Source: Limnochordia bacterium (GTDB lineage Bacteria > Bacillota > Limnochordia > DTU080). Taken from it: a stretch of 64,000 bases of DNA. The position numbers and the translations under genes are program-made. Below, one piece after another: positions 1 to 9,938 of this stretch (positions are counted from its first letter, which is position 1; each line of letters begins with the position of its first letter). Under the pieces are notes generated by a model that saw only the letters and a list, made by a program, of their open reading frames with translations, searched no databases and was not told the DNA's origin. The DNA is taken from contig JBMNJG010000016.1 in assembly GCA_050951545.1 (NCBI GenBank), positions 1-64,000 of the forward strand. The letters are read 5' to 3'.

Positions 1-695
1 TCGCGAGACTGGCTCGGTAGTCGGACAGATGCACCCGGATTGGTACGTGAGTCGGGGCCAAGAATCCGACCGCGATGGCAGGAGAGCCGCCCCATTTACC
101 CCCGGGCCCAATGTACGTGGTAAAAGTGCAGCGATGCGGCCTTCGCGGTGCCCTTTTTGCTCATTTTGACCGCCCGAAGGGCTCATTTCCCCCCAAAAGA
201 GAGCGCTTTCCCGCCTTGATTTCGCTTCTGGGGCTGCTGGGCAGCACATAACCGAACGGTAGTGATCGCCTTTTCCCACTCAGTCGATGGGGTCAGCTCC
301 CGAGTGCGCGATCACAGCGGGCTCGCTCGGATCCCTCTGCGGACCGACCCTTCAGTGCTCGTCGGTGCATTTGGAGAGGAATGGACGCATGGACGCATGG
401 ACACGCTTGCGAGACTCGCTCGCTCGCCGAACGGGATTCACCCATATTGGCATGCGAGTAGGGGCCAAGAGTCCGACCGCCATGGCAAAAGAGCCGCCTC
501 ATTAGCCTCCGGGGCCAATGTACGTGGTAAAAGTGCAGCGATGCGGCCTTCGCGAAACCCTTTTGGCTCATTTTGACCGCCCGAAGGGCTCATTTCCCCG
601 CCTAAGAGCACGCTTTCCCGCCTTGGTGGCCCTTCTGGAGCTACTGGGCAGTACATGACCGAACAGTGGCGGTAGCCTTTTTCCACTCAGCCGAT
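1..695. repeat. Degenerate direct repeat, two copies of about 290 bp (1-289 and 408-695), period 407 bp; may extend left of the window
   Basis: ATGTACGTGGTAAAAGTGCAGCGATGCGGCCTTCGCG occurs at 111 and 518. GCTCATTTTGACCGCCCGAAGGGCTCATTTCCCC is shared, and the flanks align with scattered substitutions. Confidence 0.9.
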
Positions 696-819
696 GATGT
701 GAACGGGAAACGCACTTCACTTTCGGTGGCCACCGGGTCTTAGCCGGTAATGCGCGCGTTTTCGGCGAAAGCTGTGGAAGGGTTCTGGCCTCACGTACCG
801 AACATCCCATCGAGACAAT

Positions 820-833
820 CGAACACATGATCG
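820..833. promoter_or_regulatory. LexA (Cheo)-like box
   Basis: CGAACACATGATCG is one mismatch from CGAAC-N4-GTTCG and lies just upstream of the RBS of the 852 gene. A weaker copy is at 799-812. Confidence 0.4.
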
Positions 834-851
834 TTGTGTGAGGTGAGGCCC

Positions 852-1913
852 TTGTACTCTCTCTATGTAGATGAGGTGAACGTGCCGCTCTCACTGCTAC
901 TGACTCGCGAGCTAAAAGCCAGCGAGAAGATCGTTTGGATGGCCTTAACGATGGATGATCAGCTGGAGGAAAGTTTCCTTTTCTCGCCCAGCCGCCTGGG
1001 GCGGCGCACGGGCATGTCTCGGCCTACCGTTCGCAGGGCGACAGCCAAGCTAACCACGGAGGGCTGGTTTGCTCCACCAGCTAGGCGGGTGCCTAGCCAG
1101 GCCCCAGCACAGAAGCCATCTTCGGACAGGGTCTCCGTGCCTGTCGAGTTAGTCATGGCTACTGAAATCCATGCACAGGCCAAATTGGTTTATGCCGTAC
1201 TGCTGTCCAAACCTACGGACCCACCTCGCAAAAGGCAGTTCACATACGCTGAGTTAGCCAGCCGGATGAGTCTGAGCCCCCAAACCATCAAACACGCGGC
1301 TCGTCAGTTGGCGAAGCATGGTTGGCTGGAGATGGAGCAGGCGCACAAGCGGGCACCGATTCGCTTCACTCTCCACAACCCGGTTGATAAGCGAAATGTA
1401 AAAGAAATACTAGACGTGCAGGATGAGCTCCAGCGCGCTACGCACCTCGGAGAGGCTCTCATGCAGGCTATCTTCTTGGCGCTTGTCGATTGCCTTGACT
1501 TCGACGACGGAATGCGCCCAGGTTTCATGAGGAACCCAGCAACTGGCAAGCGTCTGGAGGTCGATCTCTTCTATTACTTGCACAATACGGCCATGGAGTT
1601 CAATGGGGCGCAACACTACCGCGTCACTGAGCGGAATTCGGCTGAGCAGGTCCATAAGCAGCAATGCCGTGACCAGACCAAACAGCAGATCTGCGCTAAG
1701 AAGAAGATCAAGCTGATCGTGATTCAGGCTCACGAGCTGTCCTGCAAGATCATCGAGCGCAAGATTCACAGGCGGCTGCCATTCCGGCGCGGTCAGGACT
1801 TCAACCGGAAGCTCATCAACTATCTCGAGTGTAGATGCGGTGAGTACCAGCAAAGAATAGATGAACGTGGCTGGGGAACCGCCAGCCAATCTGAGAGAAA
1901 GCAAGACGAGTAA
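852..1913 (+). CDS. Tandem winged-HTH protein with C-terminal PD-(D/E)XK/Vsr-like endonuclease domain
   Basis: Two repeated HTH-like blocks (SRLGRRTGMSRPTVRRATAKLTTEGW; AELASRMSLSPQTIKHAARQLAKHGW) and the motif RLEVDLFY...AMEFNGAQHY...RDQTK. TTG start follows GAGGTGA. Confidence 0.7.
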   Translation: MYSLYVDEVNVPLSLLLTRELKASEKIVWMALTMDDQLEESFLFSPSRLGRRTGMSRPTVRRATAKLTTEGWFAPPARRVPSQAPAQKPSSDRVSVPVELVMATEIHAQAKLVYAVLLSKPTDPPRKRQFTYAELASRMSLSPQTIKHAARQLAKHGWLEMEQAHKRAPIRFTLHNPVDKRNVKEILDVQDELQRATHLGEALMQAIFLALVDCLDFDDGMRPGFMRNPATGKRLEVDLFYYLHNTAMEFNGAQHYRVTERNSAEQVHKQQCRDQTKQQICAKKKIKLIVIQAHELSCKIIERKIHRRLPFRRGQDFNRKLINYLECRCGEYQQRIDERGWGTASQSERKQDE

Positions 1914-2368
1914 TCACCTTGGGTCACCTTGTCCGTTTCATTAGGGCTCGCATCAGCCGTGCAGCCAATGCTAGTGCGCGTCCACCCGCCGCTGGCGATC
2001 AGAACACCCCTACACTGATTTTCACTCAGACGGCACCGTGACATAACCAGCAGTTGACCGCCATGTCTCGTGTGCACTCCCAATCCCCCTATCGACGGGG
2101 TCCACGCAAAAAATAGCGGAGAGTAAGTGCCGGCGGATGCGTAGAAAGCGCCTGTAAGCAGGTTGCTGTTAGGCGCCACAGGCAATCTGGAATGCGTTGG
2201 AGCCAACTTAGGGCACAGCAGATGCTAGACGTTGCAGCATACTCCCACGGTGAACAGTGGGACGATTTCTGGGAGAGAGGGGAGGCAGCATGATTAGGAA
2301 CGGGTGTTCGCCGCAATTTCGCGTGTGCACCCCATCAGGACAGCCTAGCACGAAGAGAACGCTAGCTG

Positions 2369-2398
2369 TTGACATGACCTTAAGGAGGGTGATAATAT
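2369..2398 (+). promoter_or_regulatory. sigma-A-like promoter of tRNA-Leu
   Basis: TTGACA at 2369 and an AT-rich -10 region GATAATAT about 17 bp downstream. Confidence 0.6.
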
Positions 2399-2421
2399 AA
2401 CGCTGTAGTTCCGAGAAACTG

Positions 2422-2508
2422 GCCGAAGTGGTGGAACTGGCAGACGCGCTGCGTTCAGGGCGCAGTGGGCAATAGCCCGTGTGGGTTCAAATCCCACCTT
2501 CGGCACCA
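2422..2508 (+). tRNA. tRNA-Leu(CAG)
   Basis: GCCGAAG acceptor stem, anticodon arm CTGCG-TTCAGGG-CGCAG, long variable arm, GGTTCAAATCC T-arm, encoded CCA. Confidence 0.97.
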
Positions 2509-2509
2509 C

Positions 2510-3397
2510 TCAAACCCCTACTGGATGTGATCTAGCAGGGGTTTTCTGCTGCCCGCGTGTCTGAAACTCAGGCGACGCAGCGATCCTGTTCAGTGCCCGC
2601 AGAAGAGTCTTCGCATGGACCATCAGCCGCTGAAAAGCCTCCAAGTCCAGGGACTGCTGCCCATCAGACGTCCATGAGTGCTCGGGATCGTGATGAACCT
2701 CGATAACCAGACCGTCGGCACCACAAGCGACGGCGGCCAAGGCCATCGGTTCGACCAATGCTCGACGGCCAGTAGCGTGGCTAGGATCGACAACAACAGG
2801 GAGATGCGTCAGCTCCTTGAGAGCGGGTACCGCGCTGAGATCGAGAGTATTGCGGGTATAGGTCTCAAACGTGCGAATGCCACGCTCACAGAGCACTACC
2901 TGAGAGTTGCCATGGGCCATGATGTACTCAGCAGCCATCAGCAACTCCTGCAATGTAGCCGACATGCCTCGTTTGAGCAGGCAGGGGCGTTTTGTGCGCC
3001 CTACTGCCTTGAGCAACTCGAAATTGCTCATGTTGCGGGTGCCGATCTGAAGCATGTCCGCATAGCGACTTACCAAAGGTACATGCTCGGGAGCGACCAC
3101 TTCCGTAACGACTGGCAGATGGGCCCTCTTGCCAGCGCAAGCTAGCATCTTCAGACCCTCTTCTGCCAATCCTTGGAAATCGTAGGGGCTGGTGCGAGGC
3201 TTGTAGGCTCCGCCTCTCAGAGCCTGCGCGCCAGCAGCTTGGACACCAACACCGATAGTATCCATCTGTTCCTGAGTCTCGACTGCACAGGGGCCAGCAA
3301 CGACGACGAATCCCTGGCTGCCGAAAAACAGATCGCCCACCTCCACAACCGTCTGCTGCTTTCCCGACGTTCTTCCAGCCAATCGCACCTTGCTCAC
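2510..3397 (-). CDS. aroF: 3-deoxy-7-phosphoheptulonate (DAHP) synthase, class I-beta, lacking N-terminal ACT/CM domain
   Basis: Motifs [50 protein letters not shown] start after a GGAGGGGG RBS. Confidence 0.95.
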   Translation of the reverse strand: MSKVRLAGRTSGKQQTVVEVGDLFFGSQGFVVVAGPCAVETQEQMDTIGVGVQAAGAQALRGGAYKPRTSPYDFQGLAEEGLKMLACAGKRAHLPVVTEVVAPEHVPLVSRYADMLQIGTRNMSNFELLKAVGRTKRPCLLKRGMSATLQELLMAAEYIMAHGNSQVVLCERGIRTFETYTRNTLDLSAVPALKELTHLPVVVDPSHATGRRALVEPMALAAVACGADGLVIEVHHDPEHSWTSDGQQSLDLEAFQRLMVHAKTLLRALNRIAASPEFQTRGQQKTPARSHPVGV

Positions 3398-3423
3398 GTG
3401 TCTACCCCCTCCATCTTGCTTAA

Positions 3424-3463
3424 GAAAAAAGAGAGGTCGCCAACCCATGGGTTGCGGCCCCTC
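3424..3463 (-). terminator. Second hairpin plus U-tract in aroF leader
   Basis: Minus strand GAGGGGCCGCAACCCATGGGTTGGCGACCTCTCTTTTTT. Confidence 0.55.
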
Positions 3464-3499
3464 AAAAAATGAAACGGCCGCAGGTCTGTGCCTGCGGCC
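3464..3499 (-). terminator. Attenuator terminator of aroF leader
   Basis: GGCCGCAGG-CACAGA-CCTGCGGCC followed by GTTTCATTTTTT on the minus strand. Confidence 0.85.
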
Positions 3500-3514
3500 T
3501 TAGATGATCACTTA

Positions 3515-3616
3515 CTACAGCGTACAGCCGGCTACGGGCACAGATCGAGTGAAAAAGGTGCCAAAATAAAACCGCCAGCCGTTCATTAAGCTACTGTTCA
3601 CTCCGCTCTGCACCAC
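3515..3616 (-). CDS. Aromatic amino acid leader peptide MVQSGVNSSLMNGWRFYFGTFFTRSVPVAGCTL
   Basis: Strong RBS GAGAGGAGG, GTG start, a W/F/Y/F/F/F codon cluster, and a stop just before the terminator. Confidence 0.8.
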   Translation of the reverse strand: MVQSGVNSSLMNGWRFYFGTFFTRSVPVAGCTL

Positions 3617-3686
3617 GTTCGCCTCCTCTCCTCAGTGCAACATCGACAGTGTGCGGCTCACATCCACCAAGCCTTATGTAACCCTG

Positions 3687-3715
3687 ATTATACGTCTGCA
3701 ACCTATGGAGGTCAA
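3687..3715 (-). promoter_or_regulatory. sigma-A promoter for the leader-aroF transcript
   Basis: TTGACC-17 bp-TATAAT on the minus strand. Confidence 0.8.
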
Positions 3716-3756
3716 GCGCCATCGTGTGGAACATGGTCTCTCTGCGTAATGTTAGC

Positions 3757-3891
3757 CTAGAAGTCCCCTGGATCTCCTGGGTCCGGCCAAGGAATCCAGT
3801 CGGCGATGTTGCGCGAAAACAAGAAGACACAGGCGCTGCCCAATAAACACAGCTTAATAATACCAAGACGCACATCCGCTGAATCTATCAC
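3757..3891 (-). CDS. Small secreted-type peptide, candidate RRNPP signalling propeptide (44 aa)
   Basis: RBS AGGGGG then GTG. Sequence MIDSADVRLGIIKLCLLGSACVFLFSRNIADWIPWPDPGDPGDF has a hydrophobic core and an acidic Pro/Gly tail. Divergent from the HTH-TPR gene. Confidence 0.55.
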   Translation of the reverse strand: MIDSADVRLGIIKLCLLGSACVFLFSRNIADWIPWPDPGDPGDF

Positions 3892-4061
3892 GGTTCGCCC
3901 CCCTGCTTATCAAAACTCGCTACTTTTGTTAACCATATCACCAAACCGGGGGTGCCGTCGATATACCCATCGGCATATTCCTTTGCGTTTGACTAACGAA
4001 TGTGCTAACCTGAGAGTGATGATGCATACTCCTATACCTGCTTAGCAGGAGGGGATATCCC

Positions 4062-5357
4062 TTGGCGCGAGCCGATCGTACTACCCTTGCCCGCCGTATC
4101 AAGGCACGCCGCCTCGAACTGGGTCTAACCCAACGAGAAGTGGCCGGGGAGGATTTCACTAGAGGGTTCATCTCGCAGGTTGAGAATGGGCTCATCGACC
4201 CTTCACTTAAGTCGCTGGAAATCATCGCACAGCGTCTTGGTAGCCCGATCAGCTACTTCCTAGAAGACTCTGACGCTGTAGATCCTGTCGCCGTGGAGAC
4301 TTCGGTGCGCCACACATACGACTTACTCGACAGCGACTTAGAGGCAGCTGCGGCTGCGGCTGCTGTGGCACTCTCAGGGGCCGAACGGCTGGGTAACCCG
4401 GCCTTGCTGGCTCGGGCACGCTCCGGGGCGGCCTGGGTAGCCTACTACAACGAAGGCTACTCTGAGGCGGCCAGTCTGTTTGGGTTGTCTGCCGAAGCGC
4501 ACCGCACAGCTGGTAATCTCACCCAAACGCTTAGGGCCCTCAATGCAGCGGGAACTGCAGCCCACAGAGCAGAGGATTATCCTGCTGCAGCAACCTACTA
4601 CACCTCGGCTCTTGAGCTAGCGCGCACCTTGGAGGAACCTGGGGTTACCGATCACTTGCGGATCCTGGTAAACCTGGGGCTCTTGCTTACCCATCAAGAA
4701 AAGACAACCGAAGCGACGAGCTACCTGCAACAGGCGTTAGAGTTGTCGATCGCTCACAAAGAGTACTATCGACACGGCGAAGTCCACAGCGCCTTGGGCG
4801 TGAACCATCGACGCTTGGGTAACATCGACAAAGCCATCGATCACTATCGACAGGCTTTCCAGTTCTATCAGGCTGTGCAAGAGTCCTTGCATGCGGCTCA
4901 TGCCGTGCTGAATTGTGGCAATGCCTACGCGGTGAGCGGCGAATATGCCCAAGCGCGTCAGCTTCATAACCGCGCCCTCCAGACCTACGAAGAGCTGGGC
5001 GAGACAGTACACGCGGCGAACGCTCGTGCCGAACTGGCTACCGTGGCATGGCATGAAGGTCACTTGGAAGAGGCAAGCAGCTTGGCTGAGGCAGCCTTAG
5101 AGCATCTTACCGACGAGAAGGAGCGCGGACGAATGCTCGTCATGAAAGCGCGCGTTCTTGCAAAAGAAGAAGAGATCGCCGCCGCGGTGGACCTGTACCG
5201 TCAGGGCCTGCCGCTGCTTGGTGAGAACGAAAACACGAAGGACATCGCGGAAGCCTGCTACGAACTCGGCGATCTACTAATGCGGCAGGGAAAAGCTGGA
5301 GAGGCCAGCCCGTATCTGGCTCGCGCAGCTGGTTTGTACCGCCGCCTGAAAGGATAG
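4062..5357 (+). CDS. XRE-HTH plus TPR-repeat transcriptional regulator (RRNPP-like)
   Basis: N-terminal IKARRLELGLTQREVAG...ISQVENG...PSLKSL HTH followed by multiple TPR-like helical repeats; AGGAGG RBS. Confidence 0.9.
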   Translation: MARADRTTLARRIKARRLELGLTQREVAGEDFTRGFISQVENGLIDPSLKSLEIIAQRLGSPISYFLEDSDAVDPVAVETSVRHTYDLLDSDLEAAAAAAAVALSGAERLGNPALLARARSGAAWVAYYNEGYSEAASLFGLSAEAHRTAGNLTQTLRALNAAGTAAHRAEDYPAAATYYTSALELARTLEEPGVTDHLRILVNLGLLLTHQEKTTEATSYLQQALELSIAHKEYYRHGEVHSALGVNHRRLGNIDKAIDHYRQAFQFYQAVQESLHAAHAVLNCGNAYAVSGEYAQARQLHNRALQTYEELGETVHAANARAELATVAWHEGHLEEASSLAEAALEHLTDEKERGRMLVMKARVLAKEEEIAAAVDLYRQGLPLLGENENTKDIAEACYELGDLLMRQGKAGEASPYLARAAGLYRRLKG

Positions 5358-5361
5358 GGCT

Positions 5362-5682
5362 GTGAAGCTAGTTGTGTCAGTCATTCAAGATGAGGATGCA
5401 ACCCCTCTCATGAAGGCCCTCACTGCCCATGAGTATGGTGCCACGAAACTGGCTAGCACTGGCGGTTTCCTGTTGCGCGGCAACACCACACTGATCGTTG
5501 GAGTAGCAGATGACCAGTTAGAATCCGTTCTCGAGATCATCCGTACCGTATGCCGCCGACGGAGGAAACTCATACCTCAGCCTAGCACAGAGATTCCTTC
5601 ATCAGTGAGCCTACCCATCGAGGTGGAGATCGGCGGCGCCATCATCTTTGTCGTGGACGTCGACCGATTCGTTCGCATCTAG
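5362..5682 (+). CDS. darA: PII-like cyclic-di-AMP receptor (DarA/PstA family)
   Basis: MKLVVSVIQDEDA, TKLASTGGFL..GNTT, EIGGAIIFV motifs. Confidence 0.9.
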   Translation: MKLVVSVIQDEDATPLMKALTAHEYGATKLASTGGFLLRGNTTLIVGVADDQLESVLEIIRTVCRRRRKLIPQPSTEIPSSVSLPIEVEIGGAIIFVVDVDRFVRI

Positions 5683-6206
5683 CTTCCTGCTGACCCAGCG
5701 TCTTCACTGGCCCACTCACGCCATTTCACTACGTCGCCCGCCGTGCGTTGCGAACTCATCGCATCAAGGTGCTCCTTTGCCGACCGCGACCCGATCACGA
5801 CATCAGGAGCGATCTCCGCAAGTGGTACCAAAGCAAAGGCTCTTTCCGTCAGACGAGGATGCGGCACCTGCAGAGTATCGGTGTACAGCTCGAGATCATC
5901 GTAGAGCAGAAGGTCTAGATCGATGACCCGCGGCCCCCATCTCACCACACGCGTCCTCCCTAGCTTGTCTTCCAGTGCCAGAAGCTCCGACAGAAGCATA
6001 TCAGGCGGCAAAGATGTGCGCAATTGCACCACAGCGTTCAAGAACGCGCCTTGCGTTACCCCACCCCAAGGAAGTGTTTCGTATAGCGAGGAGACTCTCT
6101 CCACCGTAGTGCCAGGAAGCAGGGCCATACCCTCTATGGCCCTGCGAATACTCACGTCACGATCACCAAGGTTACTACCCAAACCCACGAAAGCAACCTG
6201 GCTCAC
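5679..6206 (-). CDS. folK: 2-amino-4-hydroxy-6-hydroxymethyldihydropteridine pyrophosphokinase
   Basis: GLGSNLGD, FLNAV, RWGPRVIDLDLL, PHPRLTERAFAL motifs. Confidence 0.96.
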   Translation of the reverse strand: MSQVAFVGLGSNLGDRDVSIRRAIEGMALLPGTTVERVSSLYETLPWGGVTQGAFLNAVVQLRTSLPPDMLLSELLALEDKLGRTRVVRWGPRVIDLDLLLYDDLELYTDTLQVPHPRLTERAFALVPLAEIAPDVVIGSRSAKEHLDAMSSQRTAGDVVKWREWASEDAGSAGS

Positions 6207-7351
6207 CTAATGCATCTCCCTAGTCTTATGGCCTGTGTCATGTCGATCACCCTGCGCATGGCCTTCACGTCATGGACTCGTATCACATCGGCGCCTTCCC
6301 ACACCGCTACCGCAACAGTTGACGCCGTTCCCTCCAGACGCTCACCGACTGGCAATCCCAATACATGCCCGATGACAGACTTGCGCGAGGTGCCGACTAG
6401 CACTGGATAGCCCAGCGTACGCAGATCCCTCAAACGGCGGAGCAGTTCCAGGCTGTGGACAGTGGTCTTGCCAAATCCAATACCCGGATCGACAATCAAC
6501 TGCTGCCGCGATAGCCCAGCCTCCTGGGCTCGACGACAGATATCCTCTAGCCACGTGACAACCTCTGCAACAACCTCCTTGTAGTGAGGTTCCTGTTGCA
6601 TGGTACGCGGCGTGCCCTGCATATGCATGACCACCACAGGGGCTTGCGTTTGGGCTGCCACAGCTAGCATCGCAGGGTCACTCAGCCCCGAAATATCGTT
6701 GATCCAGTCTGCGCCCGCTGCGAGGGCCTGCTCTGCCACCTGCGGTTTGTAGGTGTCCACGGAGATAAGCACATCGGTCTTCGCCCGAATAGCACGGATG
6801 GCGGGAACGACCCGACGCATCTCTTCATCGACGGAGACACCTCCGCTACCCGGCCGAGTCGACTCGCCTCCCACATCCACGATGTCCGCTCCTTGAGCCA
6901 CCATCTCCAGCGCACGCGCCACAGCCTGCTCTACACTTGTGAAACTACCGCCATCAGAGAAGGAATCCGGAGTCGTATTGAGGATGCCCATAAGCAAAGG
7001 TGCCTTGGCTTGCAGCGTACCCTGTCCTGAACACCACGGCACGCCGAAAGCGGCGGCAAGCTCCTCGGCCAGTCGACTCTCCGCGCTGGTAGGCCACCTC
7101 ATGAGAAGAGCCTGCAGAGCGGCCACCGATCCAGTCAGATGGGTGGATGTCCCTGAGCGCCATACCACTAGTCCTTCGCGTGTAGCATGCTCTGTGAATT
7201 CATCGGAAACGGACCCAGAAAGACTTACAGCCACCGCGGCGTGTCTTGCAGCGAGAAGCTGTGCTTCTTTGTCCGAGCAGCCTGCCTCCTGCCATAGACA
7301 CACAAGATGGCGCCATTCCTCAGGGCCCTGCACTACATCAATCGTCAGCAT
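6203..7351 (-). CDS. folP: Dihydropteroate synthase with N-terminal extension
   Basis: MGILNTTPDSFSDGG, GGESTRPG, DPGIGFGK, GTSRKS, RVHDV motifs. Start codon uncertain. Confidence 0.95.
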   Translation of the reverse strand: MLTIDVVQGPEEWRHLVCLWQEAGCSDKEAQLLAARHAAVAVSLSGSVSDEFTEHATREGLVVWRSGTSTHLTGSVAALQALLMRWPTSAESRLAEELAAAFGVPWCSGQGTLQAKAPLLMGILNTTPDSFSDGGSFTSVEQAVARALEMVAQGADIVDVGGESTRPGSGGVSVDEEMRRVVPAIRAIRAKTDVLISVDTYKPQVAEQALAAGADWINDISGLSDPAMLAVAAQTQAPVVVMHMQGTPRTMQQEPHYKEVVAEVVTWLEDICRRAQEAGLSRQQLIVDPGIGFGKTTVHSLELLRRLRDLRTLGYPVLVGTSRKSVIGHVLGLPVGERLEGTASTVAVAVWEGADVIRVHDVKAMRRVIDMTQAIRLGRCIR

Positions 7352-7358
7352 GTCTAGA

Positions 7359-8162
7359 TCACCCCTTGACCAGAAAACGTTGAAACAACACAAGACTCGC
7401 CACCACTGTGTTGACAGTGGCGTGAGCCACGATGCTCGTCCATAGGCTACCCCGTCTTTCGTACAGAACGGTTAGACCCAGAGCCATAAGAAAAACCGAC
7501 AGCCCTTGCACCACATAAAAGTGTAGTGCCGCGAAGATCACGCTGTTCACCCAAAGGGCGTGGCCACCCAAGTGCGCCTTGAGTGCAGCATACAAATAAC
7601 CTCGGAAAAAGAGCTCTTCGCAGACGGGGACCACAATGACCACAGTACCTAGCAGTAGCAGCAGGGTCCATGCTGACGATTCGTAGCGAAGCAATCCGCT
7701 CAAGGGCGCTTGCTCCCTGTAGTAGATCGCTAAGGCCCGCCCCGGGCCGACGAAAATGGCCACAGCCTGCCTGCCTAACCAGGTCGCGACGGCACCAACC
7801 CCCGCAAGGGTGACACCCGCCAATGCACCGAGACATACATCGTCTGACCCAGGCCAAGGTGGCCACCCCAAGGCATACCGACTTAGACGTAGGTTGCAGA
7901 ACAGATGCCCACTCGCCAGCGAACCCCACAGCAGTTGCTGCATGCACAGGGCGATGACCTGAAACATGGCATTTCCTTCGCCTACCAAGGTAGTAGCCAT
8001 AGTTACAGCTAAGGAGGGAGCCAGCAAGCAGGCACTACCCAACATAGCCAGGATAGCGCTCCAACGATCCGGGACCAGCGCCACGTGCCGGGCCAGCGTC
8101 TTCGCCCCCCTCGAACAGCGAGTTTCATCCTGCGGGCACGTCGGCGGCTTCCGAACCTCCAT
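7359..8162 (-). CDS. CPBP/CAAX (Abi) intramembrane metalloprotease
   Basis: EELFFRG, FAALH, H..VN motifs and several TM segments. Start uncertain. Confidence 0.88.
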   Translation of the reverse strand: MEVRKPPTCPQDETRCSRGAKTLARHVALVPDRWSAILAMLGSACLLAPSLAVTMATTLVGEGNAMFQVIALCMQQLLWGSLASGHLFCNLRLSRYALGWPPWPGSDDVCLGALAGVTLAGVGAVATWLGRQAVAIFVGPGRALAIYYREQAPLSGLLRYESSAWTLLLLLGTVVIVVPVCEELFFRGYLYAALKAHLGGHALWVNSVIFAALHFYVVQGLSVFLMALGLTVLYERRGSLWTSIVAHATVNTVVASLVLFQRFLVKG

Positions 8163-8168
8163 CAGACG

Positions 8169-9650
<1,482 letters not shown>

Positions 9651-9713
9651 CTACTGTTCCATTGATGTTCGCTAAGTGGGCTCCACAGTCCTCTTAGGAT
9701 CATATCTTGCCCC

Positions 9714-9741
9714 TTTCATTCGTGAATAGATCTGCTATAAT
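9714..9741 (+). promoter_or_regulatory. Extended -10 promoter for the riboswitch-pdxS transcript
   Basis: TGcTATAAT at 9733-9741, about 18 nt upstream of the aptamer. Confidence 0.7.
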
Positions 9742-9758
9742 GAGCATGTGAAATATGT

Positions 9759-9897
9759 GCCTTCGGGGAACGGTGCGGCAGTGATGCCAATTCCTTGCCG
9801 GTGGTAATGCCTCCAAGAAGAGGATTAGCCCATCAGCCCCAGCAGTCGATCCGGTGAGATTCCGGAGCCGTCAGTTACAGCCTGGTTGGGAGAAGGT
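9759..9897 (+). ncRNA. FMN (RFN)-fold riboswitch aptamer, variant ligand pocket
   Basis: Landmarks in the expected order: CTTCGGGG...GGTG...AATTCC...CCGGTGGT...AGCCCA...GATCCGGTGAGATTCCGGAGCCG(T)CAGT...AG(C)CTGG(T)TGGGAGAAG. P1 is GCCTTC/GAAGGT. Confidence 0.88.
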
Positions 9898-9938
9898 CTC
9901 GACGCGTCAGCCATCGCTACGCGCAAGCTTCTGTACCC

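Noticed and set aside
2290-2400. 36-codon ORF after GGAGG upstream of tRNA-Leu
   Set aside because: It overlaps the tRNA promoter and has no recognisable features.
1-2508. Prophage or island integrated at tRNA-Leu
   Set aside because: No integrase and no duplicated tRNA 3' end; the unusual region lies 5' of the tRNA.
3420-3720. T-box riboswitch upstream of aroF
   Set aside because: No T-box antiterminator consensus or specifier stem was seen; leader-peptide attenuation explains the region better.
3591-3875. 94-aa ORF in the aroF upstream region
   Set aside because: No RBS, and it runs over the aroF promoter. The 44-aa and 33-aa ORFs in other frames have RBSs.
9759-9897. Purine riboswitch for guaB, or TPP riboswitch
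   Set aside because: The element is oriented toward pdxS and carries RFN landmarks, not purine or THI motifs.
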